From Candidatus Latescibacterota bacterium (GTDB taxonomy: Bacteria > Krumholzibacteriota > Krumholzibacteriia > WVZY01 > JAKEHA01), in the NCBI GenBank assembly GCA_963707635.1, contig OY970173.1:288001-352000 (forward strand): a stretch of DNA of 64,000 bases, read 5' to 3'. This document shows positions 1 through 10,610 of the stretch, piece after piece. Under the pieces are notes generated by a model. The model saw nothing but the letters and a program-made list of their open reading frames with translations. It searched no databases and was not told the origin of the DNA. Within the stretch, counting starts at the first letter, position 1. Every line of letters starts with the position of its first letter. Both the position numbers and the translations under genes were made by a program.

Positions 1-48
1 GGTGTCAGCCGTCGTCTCTTCGTGCATGTCCCGGTCTTCGCCCGCCAT
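1..48 (-). CDS. Possible N-terminus of NusG (partial, runs off the window edge)
   Basis: ATG at 48 opens MAGEDRDMHEETTADT just after secE; secE-nusG is a conserved order, but no NusG motif lies inside the window. Confidence 0.4.
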   Translation of the reverse strand, partial: MAGEDRDMHEETTADT

Positions 49-80
49 GTCGAGTTGCTTTCCGTTTCGCACCAGGCGTC

Positions 81-266
81 CTAACCGAATACCAGCTTGA
101 TGATCCGGCTCAGGATCTGATCCACGACGCCGACGAACACGGTCACGATCAGCGTCGACACGATCACGACCTGCGTGGATTCCCTCAACTCCTGGCGCGA
201 CGGCCAGGTCACTTTCTTGAGCTCGCTACGCGTGTCGGTCAGGTATGCCTTGATTCGTTCGATCAT
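81..266 (-). CDS. secE: Preprotein translocase subunit SecE
   Basis: ELKKVTWPS motif plus one TM helix; follows tRNA-Trp; start reassigned to ATG 266 (61 aa). Confidence 0.95.
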   Translation of the reverse strand: MIERIKAYLTDTRSELKKVTWPSRQELRESTQVVIVSTLIVTVFVGVVDQILSRIIKLVFG

Positions 267-281
267 AATGTTGGTTTGAGA

Positions 282-357
282 TGGCAGGCCCGGCAGGAAT
301 CGAACCCGCAACCCCCGCTTTTGGAGAGCGGTGCTCTACCAATTGAGCTACGGACCT
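282..357 (-). tRNA. tRNA-Trp(CCA)
   Basis: AGGTCCGTAGCTCAATTGGTAGAGC...anticodon loop CTCCAAA...GGTTCGATTCC...GCCA; 76 nt, encoded CCA end. Confidence 0.97.
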
Positions 358-366
358 GCCCGATCC

Positions 367-516
367 CTAGCGTGTTTCCTTATGCTCCGTGTGCCCGTTG
401 CACCATTTGCAAAACTTCTTATGCGTAATGCGGTCCTGGTGCTTCTTCTTGTTCTTCGTCGTCGAATAATTGCGGCGTTTGCACTTCGCGCACGCCAGCG
501 TCACGATGTCACGCAT
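367..516 (-). CDS. rpmG: 50S ribosomal protein L33 (zinc-binding form)
   Basis: Hand-translated, below the ORF-track cutoff: [49 protein letters not shown]; two CxxC motifs; lies between tuf and tRNA-Trp. Confidence 0.96.
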   Translation of the reverse strand: MRDIVTLACAKCKRRNYSTTKNKKKHQDRITHKKFCKWCNGHTEHKETR

Positions 517-531
517 GATCGATCACCGCGC

Positions 532-1719
<1,188 letters not shown>

Positions 1720-1769
1720 CGATCCGTTCCTTTCCTCTAGATTCCGATTCGCGGTGGTCTGTTATGAGC

Positions 1770-1845
1770 TGGAGCCCTCAACCGGATTTGAACCGGTGAC
1801 CTTTTGCTTACCATGCAAATGCTCTACCGCCTGAGCTACGAGGGC
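1770..1845 (-). tRNA. tRNA-Thr(GGT)
   Basis: GCCCTCGTAGCTCAG...TTTGC-ATGGTAA-GCAAA...GGTTCAAATCC...TCCA. Confidence 0.96.
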
Positions 1846-1882
1846 GCGACCGTCTGGTTTTGCGAGCGACTCCGCTCGATTC

Positions 1883-1959
1883 TGGAGCGGGAAACGGGAT
1901 TCGAACCCGCGACCCTCAGCTTGGAAGGCTGATGCTCTAGCCAACTGAGCTATTCCCGC
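1883..1959 (-). tRNA. tRNA-Gly(TCC)
   Basis: GCGGGAATAGCTCAG...TCAGC-CTTCCAA-GCTGA...GGTTCGAATCC...TCCA. Confidence 0.97.
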
Positions 1960-1981
1960 CCAACTCGTCCAACACACCATG

Positions 1982-2067
1982 TGGTGGGGAGGGGAGGATT
2001 CGAACCTCCGAAGGCGTACGCCGACAGATTTACAGTCTGTTCCCTTTAGCCACTCGGGAACCTCCCC
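1982..2067 (-). tRNA. tRNA-Tyr(GTA)
   Basis: GGGGAGGTTCCCGAGTGG...ACAGA-CTGTAAA-TCTGT, long variable arm, GGTTCGAATCC...ACCA. Confidence 0.97.
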
Positions 2068-2258
2068 CGAACTCGTTTGCCAAGGTTCTGCGGTGGGGGA
2101 CACGCGCCCCGCGTAGATGATGATTCACCAGCCGGCGCGAGAGGTCCTCGTGGAACCCACGACGATGCGTCTCGCTGCTCCTCGTCACTGGCGTTAAGTA
2201 CGCACTTAAAGCTGTGTGGAGACTCGACGATTTCGCGCGGTCGCGACGCACGCAATCC

Positions 2259-2333
2259 TGGAGCTGGCGAAGGGAATTGAACCCCCAACCACCTCATTAC
2301 AAATGAGGTGCTCTACCGTTGAGCTACGCCAGC
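2259..2333 (-). tRNA. tRNA-Thr(TGT)
   Basis: GCTGGCGTAGCTCAACGGTAGAGC-ACCTCA-TTTGTAA-TGAGG...GGTTCAATTCC...TCCA. Confidence 0.97.
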
Positions 2334-2378
2334 TCGAACCCAGTAACCCCAAACAAAATTTACAGGTAGAGACCGGTG

Positions 2379-2441
2379 ACGATACGAAACCAGCGCCGGC
2401 AGTGTCAAGGCATAAAATACCACACCGCTCGCCGGTGTCAA
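2379..2441 (-). promoter_or_regulatory. Tandem sigma70-type promoters of the tRNA-tuf operon
   Basis: P1: TTGACA(2441-2436)-16 nt-TATTTT with an extended TG. P2: TTGACA(2408-2403)-18 nt-TATCGT. Confidence 0.65.
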
Positions 2442-2493
2442 TCCGTCAAGCGTTTTTGTGGAGAACTTCGGGCGGGCCGGGCGACCCGCCGTT

Positions 2494-3927
2494 TCACTTC
2501 TTTCGAACCCGCGCGCCCCCGGCGGTATCCTCGATCAAGTAGCCGGCGGCCAGGATTTGCTTCCGAAGGTCGTCGGCGCGCTGGAAGTCCTTTGTTTTCT
2601 TGGCGCTTATCCTTTCTTCCACCATCGCAAGCACGTCGGCTGGCACCTCCTCGCCCGCCCGCGGCAGCCCATCTCGAAAGAGCCCGAGCACCCGGTCGAA
2701 CAGCTCGAGCGCCGACCAGGCCGCATCCAGCCCGTCCCGGGACCGGGAAACGGCTTCGGCGTGCTCGTCCAGTAGAACGTTGTAAGTCTTTATTAATTCA
2801 AACAGATAGCCAATCGCGCCGGCGCTGTTGAAGTCGTCGTCCATGGCCGCGAGGAAGTTGGCGCTGGCCGATTCGGCGGCTTCTTTCAGCTGTCGGCCCG
2901 CCGGGCTGGTCACCGACGGCCCCTCGCCCAGCCGGGAGCGCAGGTCGTCGATCGACCGGCAGGCGTTCGCCAGGCGTTCGAAGGCCTTCCGCGCGTTCTC
3001 GAGACGCTCCCGCGAGTACTCCATCTGCGAGCGGAAGTGCGTGGAGAGGAGGTAGAACCGGACCACCTGGCCGTCGAACTCGCGCAGCACGTCCTCCATT
3101 GCGAAGAAATGCCCGGTGGACTTCGACATCTTCTGCCCGCGCAAGTTCAAGAGCCCGTTGTGCATCCAGTGGCGGACGAACTCGTGGCCGGTCGCGCACT
3201 CGCTCTGCGCGAGCTCGTTTTCGTGGTGGGGAAAGATGAGATCCTCCCCGCCTCCGTGGAAGTCGAGAGTATCGCCGAGATACTTGGTGGCCATGGCGGA
3301 GCACTCGATGTGCCAGCCCGGCCGTCCCGGTCCCCAGGGGCTGTCCCACGCCGGTTCGCCGGGCTTCGACGCCTTCCAGAGGGCGAAGTCGAGCGGGTCC
3401 TCCTTGGCCTCGCCGATCTCCACGCGCGCGCCCGAGATCAGGTCGTCGATGTCGCGCTTGGAGAGCTTTCCGTAGTCCTTCTTGGTGCGCACCCGGAAAT
3501 AGACGTCCCCGCCGGCGACGTAGGCGTGCCCCTTCGCAATCAACGCCTGCACCATCGCCAGGATCTCGGCAATGTGGTGGGTGGCATAGGGGTAGAGCGT
3601 CGCGGGCTTGATGTTTACCGCTTTCGCGATGCGGTGGTAGGCCTCGATGTTTCGCTCGACGACCGTCCGGTAGTCGACGCCCTCCTGGTTCGCCCGGTCG
3701 ATGATCTTGTCATCGATGTCGGTGAAGTTCTGAACGTAGTTGACGTCGTATCCCCGGTACTCGAGGTAGCGCCGAATCATGTCGCCGGAAACGAACGCCA
3801 GCATGTGCCCCATGTGCGGCTTGTCCTGGACGGTCATACCGCAGACGTACATCCCGACTTTGCCGGGATGGACGGGCACAAAGTCGGACTTCTCCTGCCG
3901 GAGCGTATCGTAAACACGCAGCGCCAT
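2494..3927 (-). CDS. cysS: Cysteine--tRNA ligase
   Basis: YVCG, HMGH (HIGH), NFTDIDDKII, GRPGWHIECSAM, DLIFPHHENE, KMSKS. Confidence 0.98.
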   Translation of the reverse strand: MALRVYDTLRQEKSDFVPVHPGKVGMYVCGMTVQDKPHMGHMLAFVSGDMIRRYLEYRGYDVNYVQNFTDIDDKIIDRANQEGVDYRTVVERNIEAYHRIAKAVNIKPATLYPYATHHIAEILAMVQALIAKGHAYVAGGDVYFRVRTKKDYGKLSKRDIDDLISGARVEIGEAKEDPLDFALWKASKPGEPAWDSPWGPGRPGWHIECSAMATKYLGDTLDFHGGGEDLIFPHHENELAQSECATGHEFVRHWMHNGLLNLRGQKMSKSTGHFFAMEDVLREFDGQVVRFYLLSTHFRSQMEYSRERLENARKAFERLANACRSIDDLRSRLGEGPSVTSPAGRQLKEAAESASANFLAAMDDDFNSAGAIGYLFELIKTYNVLLDEHAEAVSRSRDGLDAAWSALELFDRVLGLFRDGLPRAGEEVPADVLAMVEERISAKKTKDFQRADDLRKQILAAGYLIEDTAGGARVRKK

Positions 3928-4123
3928 GGCGGGACACTATAGCAGGCGCGCTCGCTCGAAGTAAGGGTCCCGTCTTGCGAGCCGCGGGTGGCGGCCAACG
4001 GGCGCCGGACGGGACTGGCAGAAATATGCCGCGGGTGGCATCGGGTGGCATCGAGACGGGGTCCCCGCGTGGCGAAGCCCGCGGGGTGGCGAGATGACAG
4101 GACCCGCGGCGGAACCGTGGAGG

Positions 4124-5168
4124 TCAGCTGAAGCGAGCGAGGGAGCGGCGCACGATGCGGTCGCACAGCTCGGTGTAGGAGATCCCCACCGCGGCCGCGG
4201 ATTTCGGCACCAGACTCAACGACGTCATGCCCGGCAGCGTATTCGCCTCGAGCATGAAGTGGGCGCCCGCCGGGTCGAGCCGGTAGTCCATGCGCGCATA
4301 GATCGAGAGCCCGAGTGCTGCGAACGCGCGCTGCGACGATTCCACGACCTGGCGCGTCGACTTTCGCGTCCACGGGCGCGGGAACGAGATACTCGGTGTT
4401 GCCCGACTGGTACTTGTGGAAGTAGTCGTACAGTCCCGATTTCGGTCGAATCTCCAGCACGGGGAGCTCGGGCCCGCCTTCGAGGACCGCGTGCGTCAAC
4501 TCCCGGCCTTCGATAAAGCGCTCGATCAGGACCGATCGGTCCGCCTCAAACGCGCGCCGGGCCGCCTCATCGATCTCGCCGAACGATCGGACGACCGTGA
4601 GCCCGACGCTGGATCCCTGCGCGTTCGGTTTCACCACCGCCGGGAGTCCGACGTGCTCCCGGACCTGCTGCTCGAGCGTGCCGGCGGCGAGCGCGGAGCG
4701 CTCGAGGTGGAGCCCGGGAGGGACGGGCACGCCGGCGGCCGCGCAGAGGATCTTCGCGCGCTGCTTGTCCATGGCGAATGCACTCGCCGCCGGGCCGCTT
4801 CCCGTGTACGGAACCCCCAGATACTCGAGCACCGCCTGCACGGTGCCGTCTTCGCCCGCGCCGCCGTGGAGGCCGTTGAAGACCACGTCGATCTTGAACG
4901 CTTCGCGCTGCGCCAGGATTTTCACGAACGCGGCGCGGGCGGTGTGGACGTCGCCGCCGAGCGCCGGCGGCTCCGCCGGGATCGCGCCGCTGCCGAAGAT
5001 CGCCTCGTCGTATTCGGTCGGGGCCACCTCCGGCCGCGCGGGATCCGCGATCAGCACGCGATGGCCCGCGTCGCGCAGCGCCGCCGCGATGCCGCGCGCG
5101 CTCGACAACGACACGTCCCGCTCCGCGGAATCACCGCCGGCGAGAACCAGCACGGTATAGCCTGCCAT
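4124..5168 (-). CDS. ddl: D-alanine--D-alanine ligase, +1 frameshift near 4358 (sequencing error or pseudogene)
   Basis: First frame has GGDSAERDVSL, LHGGAGEDG, GSSVG, YDYFHKY; the C-terminal ARMDY...LEANTLPGMT...SLVPKSA is in the adjacent frame (4124..4357). Removing one base gives 347 aa. Confidence 0.9.
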
Positions 5169-5184
5169 GTCGCTCCTGAAACAG

Positions 5185-5228
5185 CGGGCCCGCCGTCACG
5201 CGAATTTCGCTCGGTGTCGGCGGGCCCG
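5185..5228 (-). terminator. GC-rich hairpin between the lipoprotein gene and ddl (possible terminator/attenuator)
   Basis: 11-bp arms CGGGCCCGCCG/CGGCGGGCCCG around an inner GCGAA/TTCGC stem; only a weak U-tract (CTGTTTC). Confidence 0.4.
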
Positions 5229-5252
5229 GTAGGCGTCAACTCGCCGTTTCGA

Positions 5253-5744
5253 CTAGTGGGTATGCCCCGCTTCGCCGGCGTGCTCCTTCACCATGGTCAC
5301 GTTCGCCCCGAAGCCGGCCGCGGCGGCGTTGGTCATCGAAAGCGTGTCGCCCATGGCCGCGAAGTTCAACGTCACGGTCATGGTCGTGTCCCCCACCGCC
5401 TTCTGGAACGACACGTCGACCAGGTTCGCTCCCGCGCCCGTGGCCCAGGTCCCGTTCTCCACCATCGCGGGCTGGTCCGCGCCCATGTCCATGCTCATCA
5501 TGGCGGTGTTGTCGGCATTCAAAGTCAACGTGACCTTGTGCGTCGCCGCGTCGGCCGCCATCAAATCGGCCGAATACGTGCCGGCCATCGGAGACACGGA
5601 CTCCGCCGCGGGGACTTCCTCCGTGGTCGTCTCGGCCTGCTCTGCCTTCTTGCCGCAACCGCCGAGTAGAGTGAGCATCGCCAGCACCGTCAGCGAGCAC
5701 ACTGCCACCGTCCGCCACCGCAGCGTCATCGAATTCATCGACAT
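5253..5744 (-). CDS. Met-rich lipoprotein with NlpE N-terminal-like domain
   Basis: SD AAGGAG before ATG 5744; lipobox LGGC; GTYSADLMAADA...VTLTLNADNT...ENGTW pattern; HTH tail. Confidence 0.7.
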   Translation of the reverse strand: MSMNSMTLRWRTVAVCSLTVLAMLTLLGGCGKKAEQAETTTEEVPAAESVSPMAGTYSADLMAADAATHKVTLTLNADNTAMMSMDMGADQPAMVENGTWATGAGANLVDVSFQKAVGDTTMTVTLNFAAMGDTLSMTNAAAAGFGANVTMVKEHAGEAGHTH

Positions 5745-5969
5745 TTCGTCTCCTTCGCACACGGCCGTTCACGACCGCGCGGTTACTCTCCAATCAACGT
5801 CGCCGCGCGCCCTCATCGAGCCCCCATCTTCGCGCAAACGACGGACGATCCTTCGTCACACCCGATCCTCGACGCCGGTTCGCATTTCTCGGGTTGAGCG
5901 CGCATCCAGGGCTCCGGCGGGCGGGTGCCAATTGACGGCGCCTATCATGCGCAAGCCGGCCCGGGGCGT

Positions 5970-6602
5970 CTACTGTTTTGTTGGGTGCACGAGCACCGCC
6001 AGGATGCCCAGGCCCACGTATACCGACCCGGTGACAATACGGCGCAACCTCGGGAAGCCCCGATCGTTGCGCAGGCGCCCGGCGACCGCGCCGGCCACGG
6101 TCGCGTACACGCTGTCGGTCACGACCCCCATCAGGCTGAACGTCAGCCCGAACAGCGCGATCTGGAGGCGGACCCTGCCCGCCGGGTTCACGAACTGCGG
6201 CAGAAACGCGAAGAAGAAAAGCGCGGTCTTGGGGTTGAGCAGGTTGACCACGATCCCCTCCGCGAACACGCGGCGCAGGCGAACGGCTTCCGGGGCCGCG
6301 TCGTCGAAACGACGGTCCTTCGCTGCCAGGGTGCGGATGCCCAGCAGCGCGAGATAGGCGCCGCCTCCGTAGCGCAGCACGTCGAACGCCCGCGGCGACG
6401 TGGCGAGAATCGCCGACACCCCGAATGTCGCCGCGATCACGAGCACGACGCTCCCCACCGCGAGCCCGAGTGCGGAGACGATCCCCGCCCACCGGCCCTG
6501 ATCGATGCTGCGGGCGACGATGTAGACGACCGCCGGCCCCGGGACGACCAGGAGCGCGAGCGACGCCAGCACGAACAGCATGAACCCGGACGCTTCCGAC
6601 AC
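5970..6602 (-). CDS. LysE/RhtB family amino acid exporter
   Basis: VPGPAV, GGAYL, VNLLNPKTALFFFAFLPQF motifs; about 6 TM helices. Confidence 0.93.
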   Translation of the reverse strand: MSEASGFMLFVLASLALLVVPGPAVVYIVARSIDQGRWAGIVSALGLAVGSVVLVIAATFGVSAILATSPRAFDVLRYGGGAYLALLGIRTLAAKDRRFDDAAPEAVRLRRVFAEGIVVNLLNPKTALFFFAFLPQFVNPAGRVRLQIALFGLTFSLMGVVTDSVYATVAGAVAGRLRNDRGFPRLRRIVTGSVYVGLGILAVLVHPTKQ

Positions 6603-6608
6603 GGGCGA

Positions 6609-7820
6609 TTACTCCTCGGGGGGTTTCACGGACCTGAATCCGCGGTAGACCAGCAGGTCGTAGATGATCTTCAGCCCGCCCGCGATGAAGAAGGGCACAC
6701 CCGCCAGCGCCGGATTCCCCATCAGGACGCCGCTCATCGCGGGAGAAATCGAAGCGCCGACCGACCGGGCAATCCCGGTGATTCCGGCCGCCGCCGACCG
6801 CTCATCCGGGTCGACGATCGCCATCGTGTACGACTGGCGCGTCGGCACGTCCATCTGCGAAATGCAGAATCGAGCGAGCAGCACCCCGACGGCGAGCCCG
6901 GCCGACGGCATGAGCGGGACCACGCACAGGAGGACGTTCGACGGCAGATGGGTCACGACCATGGTGTTCACCAGCCCGATGCGCGCGGCGATACGCGCGG
7001 CGAACAGCGCGGAGACTCCCGCCACCAGATTCGCCGCGAAGAACAACGCGCCGAGCGAGGCCAGGTCGAACCCGAAGCGCTGGTGGAACCACAGCGCCAT
7101 CAGACTCTGGATGACGAAACCGCCGCCGAAGGAGTCGAGGGCGAACAGCGTGGAGAGCCGCAGCACCGCGCCACGGGAGCGGTGCAACCCGAAGCGCGCC
7201 CCGGCGCGGGCCGGCGAGCGCGTCTCGATGTCGCGCGAGAGCCGCACGAACATCCCCAGCAACACGACTCCGAACGCCGCGTACGCCCACAGCAGCACGC
7301 GGTACGACCCCAGCGCGTCCATGCCATGCCGCTGCAACGCGTCCGCCGCGACGCCCCCCGCCAGCGCCCCGCCCGCGGTGGCAAACGCGCCCACCAGCAC
7401 ATAACGCGCGAAGACGTGCGTGCGCCGGTCCGGCCGCACCAGCTGCGACAACGACGCCTGCTCGATCGACAGGAACGGCCCTACCTCGTGGCCGCTCGGG
7501 CTGAAGACCCCGATGGTCGCGATCACCGCGATCCACAGCACGTTCTCCGTGGACGCGAACGCGATGCCGCCCACGGCCATCAGCGCCGCGCCCGCCATCA
7601 GCATGCGCCGGCGACCGAGCCGATCCGCCGAGGTGGTGATCAGGAGGGAGACGGCCGCGTCACCCGCGAGGGCGAGCGTGAGCACGAGGCCGATCATCCC
7701 GGCGCTCAGTCCGGCCGCCTCCAGATAGAGCGCGAGGATGACGGAGAGGAACCCGTAGGCGAAGAGCCGCGCCCCGCGCGCGGCGAAGAGCAGGACGACA
7801 TCGGAGGCCGGGCGGGTCAC
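6609..7820 (-). CDS. MFS transporter
   Basis: 403 aa, about 12 TM helices, motif A ADRLGRRR. Confidence 0.92.
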   Translation of the reverse strand: MTRPASDVVLLFAARGARLFAYGFLSVILALYLEAAGLSAGMIGLVLTLALAGDAAVSLLITTSADRLGRRRMLMAGAALMAVGGIAFASTENVLWIAVIATIGVFSPSGHEVGPFLSIEQASLSQLVRPDRRTHVFARYVLVGAFATAGGALAGGVAADALQRHGMDALGSYRVLLWAYAAFGVVLLGMFVRLSRDIETRSPARAGARFGLHRSRGAVLRLSTLFALDSFGGGFVIQSLMALWFHQRFGFDLASLGALFFAANLVAGVSALFAARIAARIGLVNTMVVTHLPSNVLLCVVPLMPSAGLAVGVLLARFCISQMDVPTRQSYTMAIVDPDERSAAAGITGIARSVGASISPAMSGVLMGNPALAGVPFFIAGGLKIIYDLLVYRGFRSVKPPEE

Positions 7821-7835
7821 CGGTCGCCCCGGTCG

Positions 7836-8372
7836 CTACGACGTACGCTTGAGTTGCAGCTCGAGAAACTGCGTCCAGGTCTTCCCGTCGGCCGAGAATT
7901 CGCCGATCTCGTGCCAGTCACCCTTGGCGTCCGCAATGGTGTAACGGATGCTCCGGCCCGGCATGTCGAACCCCCACTGGAAGGCCCCGTCGTCGAGAAA
8001 TTTCGCCGTCGCCACGATCGACTGCCCGTCCTGCCGGTACGCAACCACGCGATACTGCTTGGCAGCGGCGTCGTAGGAGATCATCGCCACCGCGTGGTGC
8101 ACGACCGCCTGGGATGGGCGCTTGCTCGTGCCGATCCCTTCGACCACGAGCAGGAGTCCGTCGAGACGCGACTCCACCACTTCGGTCTGCGCCACTTCCT
8201 CCGTCGCACCGGGCCCCATGGTCATGACCGCGTCGCCCTTCCACGAGCCCACCAGAAACTTCAATCTTGCCATTGCGGCGACCGCTTCGGCGGAAGGCGC
8301 GGGCGCCTGCGCCATCGCGGCGCCCGCCGCGAACAGAACCACCCCGGCGGCCATCACCCATGCGCGTCTCAT
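7836..8372 (-). CDS. Secreted DUF1579-like beta-barrel protein
   Basis: SD GGAGG and ATGA overlap at 8372; signal peptide ending AMA; LKFLVGSWKG and GEFSADGKTWTQFLE patterns. Confidence 0.7.
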   Translation of the reverse strand: MRRAWVMAAGVVLFAAGAAMAQAPAPSAEAVAAMARLKFLVGSWKGDAVMTMGPGATEEVAQTEVVESRLDGLLLVVEGIGTSKRPSQAVVHHAVAMISYDAAAKQYRVVAYRQDGQSIVATAKFLDDGAFQWGFDMPGRSIRYTIADAKGDWHEIGEFSADGKTWTQFLELQLKRTS

Positions 8373-9166
8373 CGCTTGCCTCCTGCGTAGAATGTCATCG
8401 TGCTCATGTCGCTGTCCCAGGTCCCATCCGAGTTGCGGCGCAGTTCCGTGCCGCGAATGAGCCACCACCCGGTGCGGCGAATGACGATCTGAACATAGCC
8501 GGCCTTGTTGGTTCGCAGTTGCGTCGTCGAGCCATCCGCCCCGCACACTACACCGAGCGCAAGACCTTCCAGTTCGTTTCCCTTCTTCATGACCTTGACG
8601 TTCAGCGTGTCGCCCGCCGCCAGCGACGTCGGGTCGCGGTCGGGCAGGAACTCGACACTCGGTCCCACCGCCTCGAGACACGCACGATCGGCGGGTCCGT
8701 CGCCGACGCGGACAAACGTCTTCGCGTGCTTGGTGTAGGTCTCGTGGAACTTCGCATCCGGGCCCGCGCCCTCCCACGCCTGCCGCAGCGACTCCGACGC
8801 CCCGATCTCGTCGAAGTAGTGCTCCACTTCCTTCGCGTCGAGCTCGACCTCCTTCGGGCGAAAGTCGAGCCACGCGACCGCGACCCCCTCGGTCAGCGGA
8901 CGACCGCGCGCGACGATCGTCGATTCCGCTTTCTCGAAGGATGCGATCTCGCCGCGCTGGCTGCCGAGGCGCCACGCCGCACGCGCCACCGCGGCGGGGT
9001 CCGGCGCGGTCCCGAACGTGGGGAAGTTCGAGCCGGTGGTGGCGTGAAGCTCCAACGGCTGACCGGAGCGCAGAACGTGAGCGTTGGCGACGACCCAGGT
9101 GTCGTACGCCAGCGCGTTACCCGCCCCCAACGAAGCAACCAGGCCGGCCAACATCCATCGTTTCAT
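8369..9166 (-). CDS. DUF4198-like exported protein
   Basis: ATGA overlap with the gltX stop; signal peptide; YTKHAKTFV, DPTSL, RTNKAG, GWWLI...WDSDMSTMTF patterns. Confidence 0.75.
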   Translation of the reverse strand: MKRWMLAGLVASLGAGNALAYDTWVVANAHVLRSGQPLELHATTGSNFPTFGTAPDPAAVARAAWRLGSQRGEIASFEKAESTIVARGRPLTEGVAVAWLDFRPKEVELDAKEVEHYFDEIGASESLRQAWEGAGPDAKFHETYTKHAKTFVRVGDGPADRACLEAVGPSVEFLPDRDPTSLAAGDTLNVKVMKKGNELEGLALGVVCGADGSTTQLRTNKAGYVQIVIRRTGWWLIRGTELRRNSDGTWDSDMSTMTFYAGGKR

Positions 9167-10602
9167 CGACTCGCCACCTCCAACAGACGCGTCACCGCGT
9201 CCTTTCCTTTGACCGCCGCGACCCGCGTCAGATCCGGCCCGTGGACCGAACCCGTCATCGCGCCGCGAATTGGGAAGTAAAGGTCTTTGCCCTTGAGACC
9301 GGTTTCCTGACCGGTCGCAAGAATCATCTCCTTGAACACCTCCGGCGTGAGCGGCCCGCTGAATTCCTTGAGCCGGCGCGTCATGCCGTTGAGCACACGC
9401 CTGGCCGCGTCGCTCGACAGGAGTGCGCGCGCCTCGTCGTCGGACTCGATGGTGGCATCGAAGATGCGCGCGCGGTGCGGGAAGTCGCTCAACGTATCGA
9501 TGCTGTCCTGCAGAATCGCCACGATCTCGCGCCGCGTCGGGTCGCTGTAGTGCACGCGCAGACCCTCGGGCATGTACGGTTCCACCAGCGCGCACAACGC
9601 GTCGAGTTCGAGCTTGCGGATGTACTGGCCGTTCATCCACAGGAGCTTTTTCTTGTCGTAGACCGCGGCCGCCTTGCCGATGCGCTCGATGCCGAAACTC
9701 TTGATCATCTCCTCGCGCGGCATCACTTCCAGGCTCTGGGGGTGCGACCAGCCGAGCAGGAGCAGATAGTTGAACGCCGCGTCGGGGAGATAGCCCGACG
9801 AGCGCAGGTCCTCCACCGAGCTCGCCCCGTGCCGCTTCGAGAGCTTCGAACGGTCCTCGGCGAGAATGAGCGGCACGTGCGCGAACACCGGGTGGGTGGC
9901 GCCCAGGGCGTCGTAGATCATGATCTGGCGCAGCGTGTTCGACAAGTGTTCCTCGCCGCGGATGACGTGCGAGATCTGCATGCGCGCGTCGTCCACCGCC
10001 GCGGCGAAGTTGTAGGTGGGGAGCCCGTTCGAGCGCAGGATGACCCAGTCGCCCACCATCTCGTGCGGGAGCTCCATGGCGCCGCGCACGGCGTCTTCGA
10101 AACGCACCACGCCGTCGCCGACGCGGAAACGAACCGCCTCCGGGATGCCTTTCGCCCGGCGCGCCGCCACGTCCGCGGCGGACAGGCGGCTGCAGGTGCC
10201 GTCGTAGTGGGACGGCCGGCTCGCCGCGATCGCCTCCTCGCGCTTGAGCTCGAGTTCGTTCTCCGTGCAGAAACACGGGTACGCGAGCTTCGAGCCGACG
10301 AGACGGTCGGTCACCTCCCGGTAGAGCGCGAGTCGCTCCGACTGGCGATAGGGTCCGTGCGGCCCGCCGGCGTCCGGTCCCTCGTCCCAGTGGAGGCCGA
10401 GCCAGCGCAGGTCCTCCAGCAGAGACCGCTCGCTCGCGAGCGTGCTGCGCTCCGCGTCGGTGTCCTCGATGCGCAGGACGAAGGTTCCCCCGTTATGGCG
10501 CGCGAACAGATAGTTGAAAATGGCCGTGCGTGCGCCGCCGACGTGGAGATATCCGGTCGGACTGGGCGCGAAGCGAACTCTCACATTCTTGAGTGTGGTC
10601 AT
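9163..10602 (-). CDS. gltX: Glutamate--tRNA ligase
   Basis: RFAPSPTGYLHVGG, LRIEDTD, PTYNF, HVIRGEEH, KLSKR; start set at MTTLKN. Confidence 0.97.
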   Translation of the reverse strand: MTTLKNVRVRFAPSPTGYLHVGGARTAIFNYLFARHNGGTFVLRIEDTDAERSTLASERSLLEDLRWLGLHWDEGPDAGGPHGPYRQSERLALYREVTDRLVGSKLAYPCFCTENELELKREEAIAASRPSHYDGTCSRLSAADVAARRAKGIPEAVRFRVGDGVVRFEDAVRGAMELPHEMVGDWVILRSNGLPTYNFAAAVDDARMQISHVIRGEEHLSNTLRQIMIYDALGATHPVFAHVPLILAEDRSKLSKRHGASSVEDLRSSGYLPDAAFNYLLLLGWSHPQSLEVMPREEMIKSFGIERIGKAAAVYDKKKLLWMNGQYIRKLELDALCALVEPYMPEGLRVHYSDPTRREIVAILQDSIDTLSDFPHRARIFDATIESDDEARALLSSDAARRVLNGMTRRLKEFSGPLTPEVFKEMILATGQETGLKGKDLYFPIRGAMTGSVHGPDLTRVAAVKGKDAVTRLLEVASR

Positions 10603-10610
10603 CGCAACGA

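Noticed and set aside
1770..2333. tRNA cluster as an integration site for a mobile element
   Set aside because: No integrase gene and no duplicated tRNA 3' end longer than ~8 bp seen; the flanks are core genes.
3975..4100. Short GGGTGGC(ATC) repeats between ddl and cysS
   Set aside because: Four or five degenerate 7-10-mers at irregular spacing; low-complexity sequence, not a CRISPR array or iteron set.
5915..5931. TTGGCAC upstream of the lipoprotein gene, a possible sigma54 site
   Set aside because: No TTGC at the required distance.
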